DNA of 63,584 bases, filler included, from Octopus bimaculoides (lineage: Eukaryota): assembly GCF_001194135.2 (NCBI RefSeq). It is 6 parts of 6 records of this genome, joined end to end, with 100 filler letters (N's around TTAATTAATTAA, not from the genome) between each part and the next. Parts side by side here need not be neighbours in the genome. Positions count along the whole stretch, not along the records: positions 32,151 to 47,163 come from NC_069000.1; positions 47,264 to 56,823 come from NC_068981.1; 4 more parts are not named here. The stretch is one strand, 5' to 3'. The first letter of the stretch is position 1. Every line of letters starts with the position of its first letter. Below the pieces are notes generated by a model. The model was not told the DNA's origin and did not search any database. It was given only the letters and a program-made list of their open reading frames with translations. Position numbers and translations under genes: made by a program. Shown here in pieces: positions 39,701 to 52,202 of this stretch.

Positions 39701-40914
39701 TTTGCCCGTTCTTTAAATATTTTGTCTAGTAACTTCATGTTTGATTAAATTAAGTTGTATCAGCAAATGAACTCATTTTTTCTCTTGATTTGAGCTATGG
39801 TTCAGTGAAAGCCAAAGTTCATCAGTGCCTCCATAATTAGAATGTTTGGCAGTGATCTTTCTGCAAGGGTTCACGCAAGGAGCATTGTCTTAATTCCTTT
39901 GATCTGCCAGTTTCTCTGAATTTTGAATCTAATGCTGTCTTTTGTGTAGTTGGCTTTGTTGAGGTCCATGTTGCTGAGATAGGGAGAAAACACATCAGGA
40001 AGAAGTAGATGGTTGCTGGGTAAGAGGAGAGAGAAAAAGGGACCTTGAGCATAAAAGAGAATGAAAGAAAGTGAGAGAGTGAGACAGAAAGAAAGAGAGA
40101 TACAGTGAGTTAAGAGAAAAAGAAAAGAAAAACAAGAAACAGACATAAATTGGTATGTACAGTAATAGAGAGATATACAAGTCAATATTGATAGAGTTAG
40201 ATAGACAGACAGGTAGATAGACATTTTAACTCAGTGGCAAGAGAGAGAAGACTGTGTAATTAATTAATCAATTACTGTTTCACTTGATAATCATGAGAGA
40301 TGTGTGTAGTTGAGTAATTAACTATTATTTTGTTTGAAATTTGCAGATATATACACGCAGGGGCCCAGTTGCATTTCGTTTCAAGATGTTTATTTGTTTG
40401 AGACTACTTTCACCTGAAAATCTATAAATACAGGAATCTATATGTATACTTTGCCTGAAAATCTGCGAAGTATACATGTAATGCCTATTTATTTGCCATG
40501 AAGTGAAAAGCTATCTGAGAAGGAAAAAGTTAAACATTTATCAGTACATGAAAGTCCGATAAAGTAAACACGTAAACTTGATCAACAATTTTACCTTAAA
40601 ATTTCAGTTTCTGACAACATTCAATGACCAAAAAAACAAAAATTGCTTATTCATCCTCTCATTATTCATACAACTTTTCAACTGCTAACAGTTCCTTTCC
40701 CATTCTCACATTAATATACTACTTAACCACTCTTTTGATAATGAATTCACCTAAGGATATACCTGAGGAAGAACCAGCTTAAATGGATATAGTTAAATCC
40801 TCCTACCCTCCTAAACATAATGACTCACACAATGAATATCATTAAAGAGGAGCTTTCTATCGTACATTTCTCCAGTAACAGAATACCCAGTTTATAAAGT
40901 CTTCAATCGATACA

Positions 40915-40954
40915 TTGATCCAATGGCTGGGATATCTCAGAAACAGCTGTCAGA
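40915..40954 (+). other. Degenerate hammerhead relic (3' half GAAACAGCTGTC-AGA)
   Basis: Shares the GAAAC-AGCT-GTH palindromic stem III with 32163-32291; the CUGANGA box has decayed. Confidence 0.35.
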
Positions 40955-41262
40955 GACTATCTTTACTATATTTAGCAATTTTGTATTATTTTACTGGTTT
41001 AAGATTGAATTAAATAAATTTAAATGCCATAGTTCGGCCTTAACTAATTGTTTCCCTTCCTCATTACTTTAACCAATACCTACTAACTCAAAGGTAAGCC
41101 ACCAACTGCAAGTTTTTTTTTCCAACAAGACTTACACACAGTCACAACTCCAGCCACTGTTCTAACTGGAATTTTAGTTAATTACCTATTGGAGTACTCA
41201 GAACGCATACCTATTAGTTTGGGTTACTTTGACCTAAACTCTTCATAGCTTGTATGTATGTG

Positions 41263-41303
<41 letters not shown>

Positions 41304-41550
41304 ACTGTTGTGTCTGGGGAGAGTCATTTTCTTATTGTGCCTTGAAATTTAACACACTCACTGGTAAAATTTCCACTTATTTTTCTTTTTATATATATAT
41401 ACTTACATATATANNNNNNNNNNNNNNNNNNNNNNNNNNNNNNNNNNNNNNNNNNNNNNNNNNNNNNNNNNNNNNNNNNNNNNNNNNNNNNNNNNNNNNN
41501 NNNNNNNNNNNNNNNNNNNNNNNNNNNNNNNNNNNNNNNNNNNNNNNNAC

Positions 41551-42430
41551 TCATTAATATAAGCCAAACAAGTATTGACAACTGTTCTCAATGAACTAAT
41601 CAATATTATTATTTACAAAATGAGGGACCATACATAGTGCATATCCAATATTAATATGAAAAAGAGTAGTAAATATACCCTGAATAAAAATAAATATTTG
41701 AATAAACTTAGGTCGAATGATAATAAATATATGCCACATGCCAACCCAAATATACCCAATGATGTTAAGTATAATGAAGATAGTTATATTTGGTTTATCA
41801 TTCCCTATGCATGAGAAATAAGAATGAATCTGGTCAAGCTATTTTACAGATCTATATCTAAGCACTTTAATAAAGAACCTAAATATTATAAAATAATTAA
41901 TAATAAAATGATTAGAATAGGTTTTTCAGTATCTAAAAATTTGTTTAAAATTATCTCCTCCTTTAATAATAAAAGTTTAGACAATTTTTATAATAAAAGA
42001 AAGAATAATAATAATATGATCTAGCTAGAAACTATGATTGTAGATATAAGGATAAAGGTTTATTTGATAATTTTTGTTTACAGAACAATGATGCATATAG
42101 ATGTACAGTGGATTCAGAACGAAGAAATTATTTTTACATAGGGTCTACGGAAAATTTTATTAAATAACAGATAGCAAACCATGAATACACTTTTAGGAAC
42201 AGAGATAGGTTTAACAATACTAGTCTAAGTAAGCCAATTTGGGAATTGAAGGATAGTAAGAAATCATACAAAATGAATTAGAAAATACATAGTCACGCTA
42301 GATCGTATAAAATTAATGATGCTAGATGCAACCTGTGTATAGATGAATTATATTAGATATTAACACCTAAGAAGAAATTGCTTAATGAAAGATGTGAGAG
42401 TGTTCTATCTTGTACACTATTCTAAATATG
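41551..42430 (+). mobile_element. Penelope-like element remnant: RT C-terminal region and GIY-YIG endonuclease
   Basis: Reads IWFIIPY...NLVKLFYRSISKHFNKEPKYYKIINNKMIRIGFS...NLFKIISSFN, then AYRCTVDSERRNYFYIGSTENF...IANHEYTF...TSLSKPIWELKD...CNLCIDE...LLNERCE, with several stops. Confidence 0.85.
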
Positions 42431-43225
42431 TGTTTTGAAAATTTTATTAAGTGTGTATATCTGTACTCGTTTGTATCCATATATAAGTGTACATATATTT
42501 GTATATATGTATAACTATGTATTTGTGTATATGCATGTAGATGCTTGTATACATGGACATATGTTGCTTAGTATTTATCTGATGCTATTGATATGTCGTG
42601 ATGCTTATGTATATGTATTTCAGTGCGAATGTATATTTATGGATATGTATATATGTGCATGTGTGTGTATATATATGTGTGTGTGTATATGTATGTATAT
42701 AAGTATTTGTATGTATGTATGTGAGTATATTTATGTGTGTCTGTGTGTATAAGTATGTGAATGTATATATCTGTCTATATATATGGATGTGTATATGTAT
42801 TTATATGCATATATTTGTACGTGTATGGGTATGTGAATCTATATGCATGTGTACAAATATGTCTTTGGGAGTCTCTGTATTCATATGTATTTTTATTTAT
42901 TTATGTGTTTCAGCCAAGTGGCTGCGGTCATGCTGGTGCATATGTGTTTATATCTTTCATTGTTAATGCAGGTATATGTGTGTGTATATATATGTTTGTG
43001 AATGTATATATATGCATCTATTGTATCACTATCTAAACATATGCAATTATATGGCTATTTATATTGTGTGTAAATGTATTTGTATATATATCTGGATGTG
43101 AGTGTATCTATATGTATGTATGTATGTATGTATATGTACATATGTATGTGTGTACATGTATATATGTGTATATGTGTGTATATATATATATGTTTCTATA
43201 TGTATGTATATGTGTGTATGTGACT
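42430..43225. repeat. Degenerate (TA/TG) low-complexity tract
   Basis: Seen directly. Confidence 0.85.
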
Positions 43226-43560
43226 GGAAATTAATTTGGACCAATTCTGAATTGCTTCATTTTAGTGCATATTCTTGTAGTTACTGTTAAATTTATCATT
43301 ATATTAGTATTTAATATTAATTACATATCACAATTAAGATGTCTTCATTATACTAAATGAATGGGTGTATATATAAACTTATTTCATTTATTAATTAACT
43401 GATGATAATTATTATAATAATAATGATAATAATAAATACTTTCATTTGACTTACTGAATAAATTTAATAACCAAAATAATAATTATTATAGTATTGTATA
43501 GTTTATAAATTGTATTATAACAACAATGTTGTTTGTTACTTCTGAAGGTATTGATAGAGT

Positions 43561-43658
43561 TTGGATACGTACTATGTATGGTCCCTCATTTTGTAAATAA
43601 TAATATTGATTAGTTCATCAATAACAGTCCTAAATACTTGTTTAGTTTATATTAATGA
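43561..43658 (-). repeat. Inverted copy of 41551-41648 (start of the PLE remnant)
   Basis: Manual alignment gives ~88/98 identity, including a long exact core ATGAACTAATCAATATTATTATTTACAAAATGAGGGACCATACATAGT. Confidence 0.85.
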
Positions 43659-43819
43659 ATTCTGTTGATTCACTAAATTCTCCCTTCTATATATATATAT
43701 ATATATATACACATACATACATACATACATACATGGTACGATGGGTACATTGTCACCATTTTATATTGCTAATTTTGTGCATGCGCATTGTTTACTTTTG
43801 ATTTTGTCTACTACACTGT

Positions 43820-44617
43820 ATAGTAGGGGCAGTTGGGCACCATCAGTGAGAAAAACAGTACAATGTCTCAATTCACTTAGCCAGAAATTCAGAAATGACA
43901 TGCTGTACTGCTTGGCATTCAAGCTGGAAGTACCAATAGGAGCATTTCAGTGTGTTTGAGTGTCAATCTGAGGACAGATTGTCCCTAAAACATGTACCAA
44001 GCGTGATGGAAATCAAATATCCAGTCAAGATCATGATGTTTGGAGTGTTTACTAGTGATGGTGACGTTATTCCTCCATTCATCTCCCCACACGGCCTCAG
44101 ACTCAACATGGAGGCCTACATTAAGTGCATGCAGGAGGTAATTCTGACCTGGGTCAAGAGGGTGGCTGCTGAAAGACCCTGCGTCTAACAACAGGACTCT
44201 GCACCATGCCACACAAGCAGAACCCAGTCATATCTGTCAGACAATTTCTGTGACCACATCACCCCTAACATCTGGCCACCTAACTCCCCAGTCTGCAACC
44301 CCCCTTAATTATTATGTGTGGGGTGCAGTTGAGCGAGAGACCGACAAAACTCTTTGTAACACTAAAGAGGAACTGAAGGCAAGGATTATGGCACCATTCA
44401 TCAACTTAAACAAGGAGACCATCCAGAAGAGTTGCAAGAGATTCCGAACTCGTCTGGAGGCCATGGTTGAAGCCAATGGTGATTTTATTGAATAAATTTA
44501 CTCGTTAGTATTTCAAGATATTTTAATGTAATTTTGGTAAATATATCTGTTAAATGGGATGTCAGTGTTATTTTCATTTTTGCATAATTTAGACAACAGT
44601 TTATTCACTGCAGCCTC
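43820..44617 (+). mobile_element. Tc1/mariner DD37D (maT-type) transposon remnant, internally deleted
   Basis: N-terminal LLGIQAGSTNRSISVCLSVNLRT is fused to KHVPSVMEIKYPVKIMMFGV...QQDSAPCH...WPPNSPVCNPLNYYVW...RLEAMVEANGDFIE. Allowing for the frameshift, the D-to-D spacing is ~37 aa; the third D is mutated to N. Confidence 0.85.
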
Positions 44618-44624
44618 TATATGT

Positions 44625-44769
44625 ATGTATTTGTTTGCCCCACCACCACTTGACAACTGATGCTGGTGTGTTTATGTCCCCGTAACTTAACAGTTCAGCA
44701 AAAAGAGATCGATAGAATAAGTTCTAGGCTTACACAGAATAAGTCCTGGGTTCAATTTGTTTGACTAAA

Positions 44770-44770
<1 letters not shown>
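44625..44770 (+). mobile_element. SINE family A 3' half
   Basis: TTGACAACTGATGCTGGTGTGTTTATGTCCCCGTAACTTAAC...GAATAAGTCCTGGG. Confidence 0.8.
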
Positions 44771-44843
<73 letters not shown>

Positions 44844-45039
44844 TATGGAGATGTACTTGCATAGTGAGTGACCTGATCTAAGATCATGTGCTGGAATGAA
44901 AACAATTGCAGCATGGAAGGTGTTTATAAGCCATTTAAGAAACACGCAAAAACCATTAGATTCACTTCAACATTTAAATTTAATTTGCCAAAATATTTTC
45001 GTCGCTTTGAGACTGCAACCTAATCATTTTATTACTTTT

Positions 45040-46922
45040 TAATACTTCATAATTGCCTTTAGATAAATATTAATTTTTTACCCCTATAAATTCAATACTT
45101 GGCTTATATATAAAACAATATGGGCATCTTCACAACGTAAAATTATATTGCTTAGATTATAATTAAATTAATATATAGTTAATTTGTTCTCAATGCTAAA
45201 TCTTCTTGATAACCCTAAATTTTAACTTTATACAATATGGATATATTGTTTTTAATAGTTTTAGTACTTACTTTATTTATCCCTTTCTTAAAGTGTTCTA
45301 CCCTCCTGATCTTAGTATTTCTATTGACCTTTATACAAGTAGCCCTTCCAATTCAGTACCCCTAAGAAACTGTAATATCTTATACGGATTAACACTGATA
45401 ACTTTTAAAACCTATATTATACCTTTTCATTTTAAAATAAATATATAATTAGCATGTCCTATAACATCAATATTCTTTTAACTAATACCGGGTATCAGTC
45501 TTGATTGAAATAATCTAAATAAGTCAATAAACAACTTTTAGTTCATAATACTTAAATTATTATACATTTTCTATAAATCTTCTCTATTGATGTTAATAAG
45601 GTATTTCTTTTTCTTTATTATGGTTTTAGTGATTAGGCTATCTTTATTCCTTTTCTATGGTGCTCTACCCTGCCTGATCATTTTATTATTTTATAATAAC
45701 CTTTAATAAATCTAATTTTTGTACCCCTATAAATTCATACTTAGCTTTTATAAAACTATACCGGTATCTCCACAACTTAAAATAATTTAATTAAATTAGT
45801 ATATAGTTAACATGTTCTTTAGCCTCAGTGCACCTTTATTAAATACCAGTAAAATCCAATTGATCAGTCTCCATAGATACCATCTAATAAGTTAATATTT
45901 AGATAAATAATTTGTATAAATATTAAACTATTTCTAAGTAATTTCTTTTCCTCCCTCTATTGTGGTAAAATTTTGTATATACTCAAAAGTATTTGAAGAA
46001 ATTTTATCCTTTTGTTACAATATCATTTTTAATAATCTTCTTGACAACCGTAAATTTTAACTTTATACTATACAGTAATATTGTTTGAAATGGTCTTTAG
46101 AAATTACTTGATTTATCCCTTTCTTAAAGTGCTCTACCCTCCTGATCTTAGTATGTATAAGTAGCCCTTCTAATTAAGTACCCCCTAAGAAGCTATAAAT
46201 ATTGTGTATGGAGGAACAATAATAACTTCTAAAACCTATAATATACTTCTTAGTTTTAAAATTAGTATAAAATTAGAATGTCCTGTAACATCAATATTCC
46301 TTTAGCTAATACCAGGTATCAGTCTTTATTAATACTAGCTAAATAAATAAAGATTTAATTTTTAGTTTAGTGTACTTAAATTATTATACATTTTCTATAA
46401 ATCTTCTCTATTGGTGTTAATTAGGTATATATACTTCATCACATTTTTAGTGATTAAGCTATTTTATTCCTTTTCTATGATGTTCTGCCCTACCTGATTA
46501 TTTTATTATTTATTATTTTATAATAGCCTTTATTTATTTATGAAATAAATCTAATTTTGTACCTCTATAAATTCATACTTAGCTTATATAAAACAATACT
46601 GGTATATTCACTACTTAAAATAAACTGCTTAGATTATAATTTAATTAATATATAGCTAGCATGTTCTTTTACCTCACTACACCTTTATTAAATACCAGTA
46701 TATACCAATTGATCAATCTTCATAGATACCATTTGATAAGTTATATTTAAGTATATAATATGTATAAATATTAAACTATTTCTAGATAATTCCTTTTCCT
46801 CCCTCTATTGTGCTAAAAGTTTGGTATATACTTTTTATCTTTTTGTTATAATAGTCTTCTTAATAATCTTCTGAATAACCCTAAATTTTAACTTTATACA
46901 ATATGACAATATTGTTTAAAAT
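45040..46922. repeat. Tandem array of ~830-bp AT-rich units (~2.3 copies, diverged)
   Basis: CCCTAAATTTTAACTTTATACAAT-like anchors at ~45213, 46051 and 46878; CCTATAAATTCA-like anchors at ~45082, 45725 and 46563; the first unit is shortened by ~190 bp. Confidence 0.9.
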
Positions 46923-47163
46923 ATTTAACTATAGTACCACATGATAAGATTTCCTCTGTTTCCCCTTTAATTGTCAGCTAACATCTTGATTTAAGATTTC
47001 CTTTCCCAAACCTCATGATATTGCTTCAAATAAATTTTGATAGTTTTTATGGCTATACCCACTATGTTTTCTGTCGACTCCCGCAACCCACTTGCTTGCT
47101 ACCAGGCATTGCTCCTTGCTCTTTTGGCCTTAGATATACAAAGATTTGATAAACTAGTCTATA

Positions 47164-47263
47164 NNNNNNNNNNNNNNNNNNNNNNNNNNNNNNNNNNNNN
47201 NNNNNNNTTAATTAATTAANNNNNNNNNNNNNNNNNNNNNNNNNNNNNNNNNNNNNNNNNNNN
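47164..47263. other. Artificial scaffolding linker N44-TTAATTAATTAA-N44
   Basis: Exact pattern. Confidence 0.95.
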
Positions 47264-47294
<31 letters not shown>

Positions 47295-47788
47295 CGTGTA
47301 TAAGTGTGTGCCTATGTGTAAATAAGGCGATTAAAAATAAGCGTCTTAGCTGTATTCTATTGCGGTCAGATGAATTCATTTGTGAGTATCCTAAAACCGC
47401 TTCCTTCCTAATTACATCCACCTCCCCATTTCCTCACTGCTTTCAGTTATATTCACAGCCGCAGCTGAATGATTTCAGGGCACCTGGTATCCTGCTGTTC
47501 ATTCCATCGGGCGTCTGGAGCACTCGGGTTACCCAGAAAATTGAAAAGGATTATCGTTGTATTGGCCCTTTTTCAGAAACATGAATATTCACCCACTTAA
47601 ACAATTGATAATTTTTCTATTAAATATTATAAAAATACAATTGTATTAAGACAAGAGAGAGGTGATAACGGTGATACATATAGGAAATCCAAACAAAAGA
47701 AGAAGAACAAACACACACAAAAAAAACAACGCGAGGACGTGGTACATGTAAAGTATTAGCAGACGCCCACGTAAGTAAAGAAAGGTGG

Positions 47789-47821
47789 TTTAACGTTTCG
47801 AGCAACGCTCTTCTTCAGAAA
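47789..47821 (-). ncRNA. Minimal hammerhead-like motif
   Basis: Minus strand: TTT-CTGAAGA-A-GAGC-GTT-GCTC-GAAA-CGT-T-AAA. It has a 4-bp stem II, an AACGTT palindrome at stem III, only a 3-bp stem I and one extra A after A9. Confidence 0.55.
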
Positions 47822-49223
47822 GAGGTAAGTCCAATAGAAAGTAAGACGGAGGAAGAAAATCGCCAACGATTCACATTTGCTTACCTGTATTATANNNNNN
47901 NNNNNNNNNNNNNNNNNNNNNNNNNNNNNNNNNNNNNNNNNNNNNNNNNNNNNNNNNNNNNNNNNNNNNNNNNNNNNNNNNNNNNNNNNNNNNNNNNNNN
48001 NNNNNNNNNNNNNNNNNNNNNNNNNNNNNNNNNNNNNNNNNNNNNNNNNNNNNNNNNNNNNNNNNNNNNNNNNNNNNNNNNNNNNNNNNNNNNNNNNNNN
48101 NNNNNNNNNNNNNNNNNNNNNNNNNNNNNNNNNNNNNNNNNNNNNNNNNNNNNNNNNNNNNNNNNNNNNNNNNNNNNNNNNNNNNNNNNNNNNNNNNNNN
48201 NNNNNNNNNNNNNNNNNNNNNNNNNNNNNNNNNNNNNNNNNNNNNNNNNNNNNNNNNNNNNNNNNNNNNNNNNNNNNNNNNNNNNNNNNNNNNNNNNNNN
48301 NNNNNNNNNNNNNNNNNNNNNNNNNNNNNNNNNNNNNNNNNNNNNNNNNNNNNNNNNNNNNNNNNNNNNNNNNNNNNNNNNNNNNNNNNNNNNNNNNNNN
48401 NNNNNNNNNNNNNNNNNNNNNNNNNNNNNNNNNNNNNNNNNNNNNNNNNNNNNNNNNNNNNNNNNNNNNNNNNNNNNNNNNNNNNNNNNNNNNNNNNNNN
48501 NNNNNNNNNNNNNNNNNNNNNNNNNNNNNNNNNNNNNNNNNNNNNNNNNNNNNNNNNNNNNNNNNNNNNNNNNNNNNNNNNNNNNNNNNNNNNNNNNNNN
48601 NNNNNNNNNNNTATATATATATATATATATATCAGTGTTTATGTAATATGAAAATACTGGTCTGCACACTGGCGTACAGGTAAGTGGTATACATTTAATG
48701 TATAATAGACCAAAGTCAAACTTTTACATACATAACTGAAGCTTGTGTAACTTTATATATACCCATCCGTAAACACAGAGATACACACTTACGCTTACAC
48801 ATACACACATATTTACACACAACGATAGACACACACACTCACACTTGCGAATTCTCATGCTGATGTAAATGGTCCTTTCCCACTATGCGAATTCCAATTT
48901 AACAAAATGGATTACTTTCACTTCGAATATTATATTGCAAATCGCTGAATAATCTACATACAAGTGCACCGTTAACAGTACAAATATATGCGATATAATC
49001 AGCGAGATACGCTGCATGACTAAGATGAACCTATAAAATTGAGGTGCTTTAAATCAGATGAGCTTTAAATACTTTATACCTACCCAGTACACTTACAAGG
49101 CATGGGTCGAAATGAAGGTGTTATAAAAGCAAATTGCTCAATAGACTGTGCAGTGATATTGACCCAGGAAATTTATGGTTGCAAAGCAAAATTCTTAACC
49201 ACACACACACACACGCACGCACT

Positions 49224-49268
<45 letters not shown>

Positions 49269-50083
49269 NNNNNNNNNNNNNNNNNNNNNNNNNNNNNNNN
49301 NNNNNNNNNNNNNNNNNNNNNNNNNNNNNNNNNNNNNNNNNNNNNNNNNNNNNNNNNNNNNNNNNNNNNNNNNNNNNNNNNNNNNNNNNNNNNNNNNNNN
49401 NNNNNNNNNNNNNNNNNNNNNNNNNNNNNNNNNNNNNNNNNNNNNNNNNNNNNNNNNNNNNNNNNNNNNNNNNNNNNNNNNNNNNNNNNNNNNNNNNNNN
49501 NNNNNNNNNNNNNNNNNNNNNNNNNNNNNNNNNNNNNNNNNNNNNNNNNNNNNNNNNNNNNNNNNNNNNNNNNNNNNNNNNNNNNNNNNNNNNNNNNNNN
49601 NNNNNNNNNNNNNNNNNNNNNNNNNNNNNNNNNNNNNNNNNNNNNNNNNNNNNNNNNNNNNNNNNNNNNNNNNNNNNNNNNNNNNNNNNNNNNNNNNNNN
49701 NNNNNNNNNNNNNNNNNNNNNNNNNNNNNNNNNNNNNNNNNNNNNNNNNNNNNNNNNNNNNNNNNNNNNNNNNNNNNNNNNNNNNNNNNNNNNNNNNNNN
49801 NNNNNNNNNNNNNNNNNNNNNNNNNNNNNNNNNNNNNNNNNNNNNNNNNNNNNNNNNNNNNNNNNNNNNNNNNNNNNNNNNNNNNNNNNNNNNNNNNNNN
49901 NNNNNNNNNNNNNNNNNNNNNNNNNNNNNNNNNNNNNNNNNNNNTATATATATATATATATATACACATATGTGTATATATATATATATATATAAGTCAG
50001 TAAATAGTGGGGACGAAAGAAACAACAACAGACGAGGACAGGTGGTGTAAACAACAAAAAGGATGTATTAGTTTAACACTCGG

Positions 50084-50121
<38 letters not shown>

Positions 50122-51305
50122 TACATATACACATAAATGCATACATATATGTACTGAAAGCCAGGCAGTCTTTGCTATGGAAACTTCGAAAGAACAATTG
50201 TTTCTATAGAGTACTGAATGAGTTATTTTTACGTGTACCTGATTTCTATGTTTCTTCACGACAGCCTTGAACCAACTTATCTAATTTTAGTAAAGAGAGA
50301 AAATATAATATCTTGAACTGAATTTCTTCTGCATAATTTAAAATGCTTTTCTTTCCAGTTCTTAAAAGAATACGCTAATTATAGTGTGCATAGCCAAGGG
50401 AAAATAAATGAAATATTGGCGTTTTTATAATTATAAGAGGAACCTATATTGAAAATAGATATTATTCTGTTGTACGACATTTCTGGCAAAAATGTACGAG
50501 TTACTCCCAGGCATCCTACTTCGACCTTACAACCTAAAAACAATGTTTTTCTTTGTGTCAAAATATGAAGAAATAAAAGGTGTGATATATCGTGCGTCGC
50601 TGTTACTGATCGGCACTGCTGAAATAGCCAGGAGTTTTGTTTTAAAGTAGTTCTATATATTCTAAACATTAGGCAGAAAAGCAAAACAATACATTACACA
50701 CACACACGCACACAAATACACACACACACGGACACAAATACACACACAGAAATATCTAAATATTGTTATACTTGGGACGGTCATATTGGCAATAAACATA
50801 CACACCATTTAGCTTTCACTTCAGCTTTATTGTTATAAGTTATTGGTTATTTTAATACAGTTCTATATTTAAGAGTTGCAGAATTATGTACATTATTTAC
50901 ATTACTAACATTTGACGGATATCTGTCATCTTGCTAACAAACAAGATGCGGACAAATATCCGTCAAATGTAAATAATACAAATAATGTATTGGTTATTTT
51001 GTTAAAGCGTTTTCGTCACACATTCTGTGACCTGAATGTCTATTTGTTCTACCATACCGTGTCTGCTCTTTTTTCTGGCCTTATTCTGTCTCCTTCATTT
51101 TGTCTTTCTGACTGAGAGACAGTGAAGAAGAGCTAATTATGGTTGAGGCCGTCACTGATTATTATACGAAATAGCTTGACAAAATAACCATCCTCAAATG
51201 GAACAACGTCCGTTTCACACACACGCGTGCACACTCACATACACACATATATATACATTAAAATTTATATATACATATATATATATTTGTGAATATAAAT
51301 ATACT

Positions 51306-51341
<36 letters not shown>

Positions 51342-51825
51342 TATAATTGTGTGTGTGTGTGTGTGTGTGTGCGTGTGTGTGTGTGTGTAGAAATGCATAA
51401 AGTAATATGATTTTCCGTCGGTTTCAATGATTATTATTTCAGTTTGATCAACAAGACAACGAACGTCTTGATTCAATGGCTCAGTATTCCACAGACACAA
51501 CATAATTATCTGGTAGAATCAGCATCACTCAGTGTGTGACAAAATCGGCCGTTTGAATCTCGGGTACATTACATTAAAACGGTCTTGCAAGTAGTTTCTG
51601 AATATTCAGTCCACTTGCATCACTTGAGCTTACCAAGTATGTTACACAATGGGATCGAACCCACAACCCTATGACCAAGAATCGTACTTGTTAACCACTA
51701 AGTATGCCGACATGCTTTCGGAAATATAGCAATCAAATTAGTTTTCCGTATATTATTGAAGTTTATTTAGTTATCTTGCATCATTTAGTTCATCATTAAG
51801 TGTAAGCATAGGTGTCTAGTAAGGT

Positions 51826-51960
51826 GTAATCAACGGTGTCGTTTTGAGTTCAGTTCCACTGCGTGGCACCTTATGCAAGTATCTTCTACCACAGCCCAAA
51901 GTCAATCGATGTCATGTGAATCAATTTCGTTAATGGAAAATGTGAGGAACCCTCAGGTAT
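51826..51960 (+). mobile_element. SINE family A 5' fragment (degenerate)
   Basis: GAGTTCAGTTCCACTGCGTGGCACCTTATGCAAGTATCTTCTACC. Confidence 0.65.
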
Positions 51961-52089
51961 GTGTGTGCGTTGTGTGCGTGCTTGCGTTAGTGCTCGTCTC
52001 TTACAGTTTTAGAACCGGTGTTGGTTTGCTGATATACCCGTAGCATATTGCTTCACCATAATAGATAGAGAAAGTAAGTGTTAACCATT

Positions 52090-52202
52090 TTCAAAAAAAA
52101 AAAATGAGTACTGGATTCGATTCGTTCAACTAACCCCTTCAAAGGCTGCCCCAGCATGGCTGCAGTACAAATGACTGAGACAAGCAAAAGATAAAAGATA
52201 AA
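52090..52202 (+). mobile_element. SINE 3' tail
   Basis: GGCTGCCCCAGCATGGCTGCAGTACAAATGACTGAGACAAGCAAAAGATAAAAG. Confidence 0.7.

Noticed and set aside
45040-46922. NUMT or viral insertion as the origin of the AT-rich array
   Set aside because: No mitochondrial gene, rRNA or viral motif was recognised.
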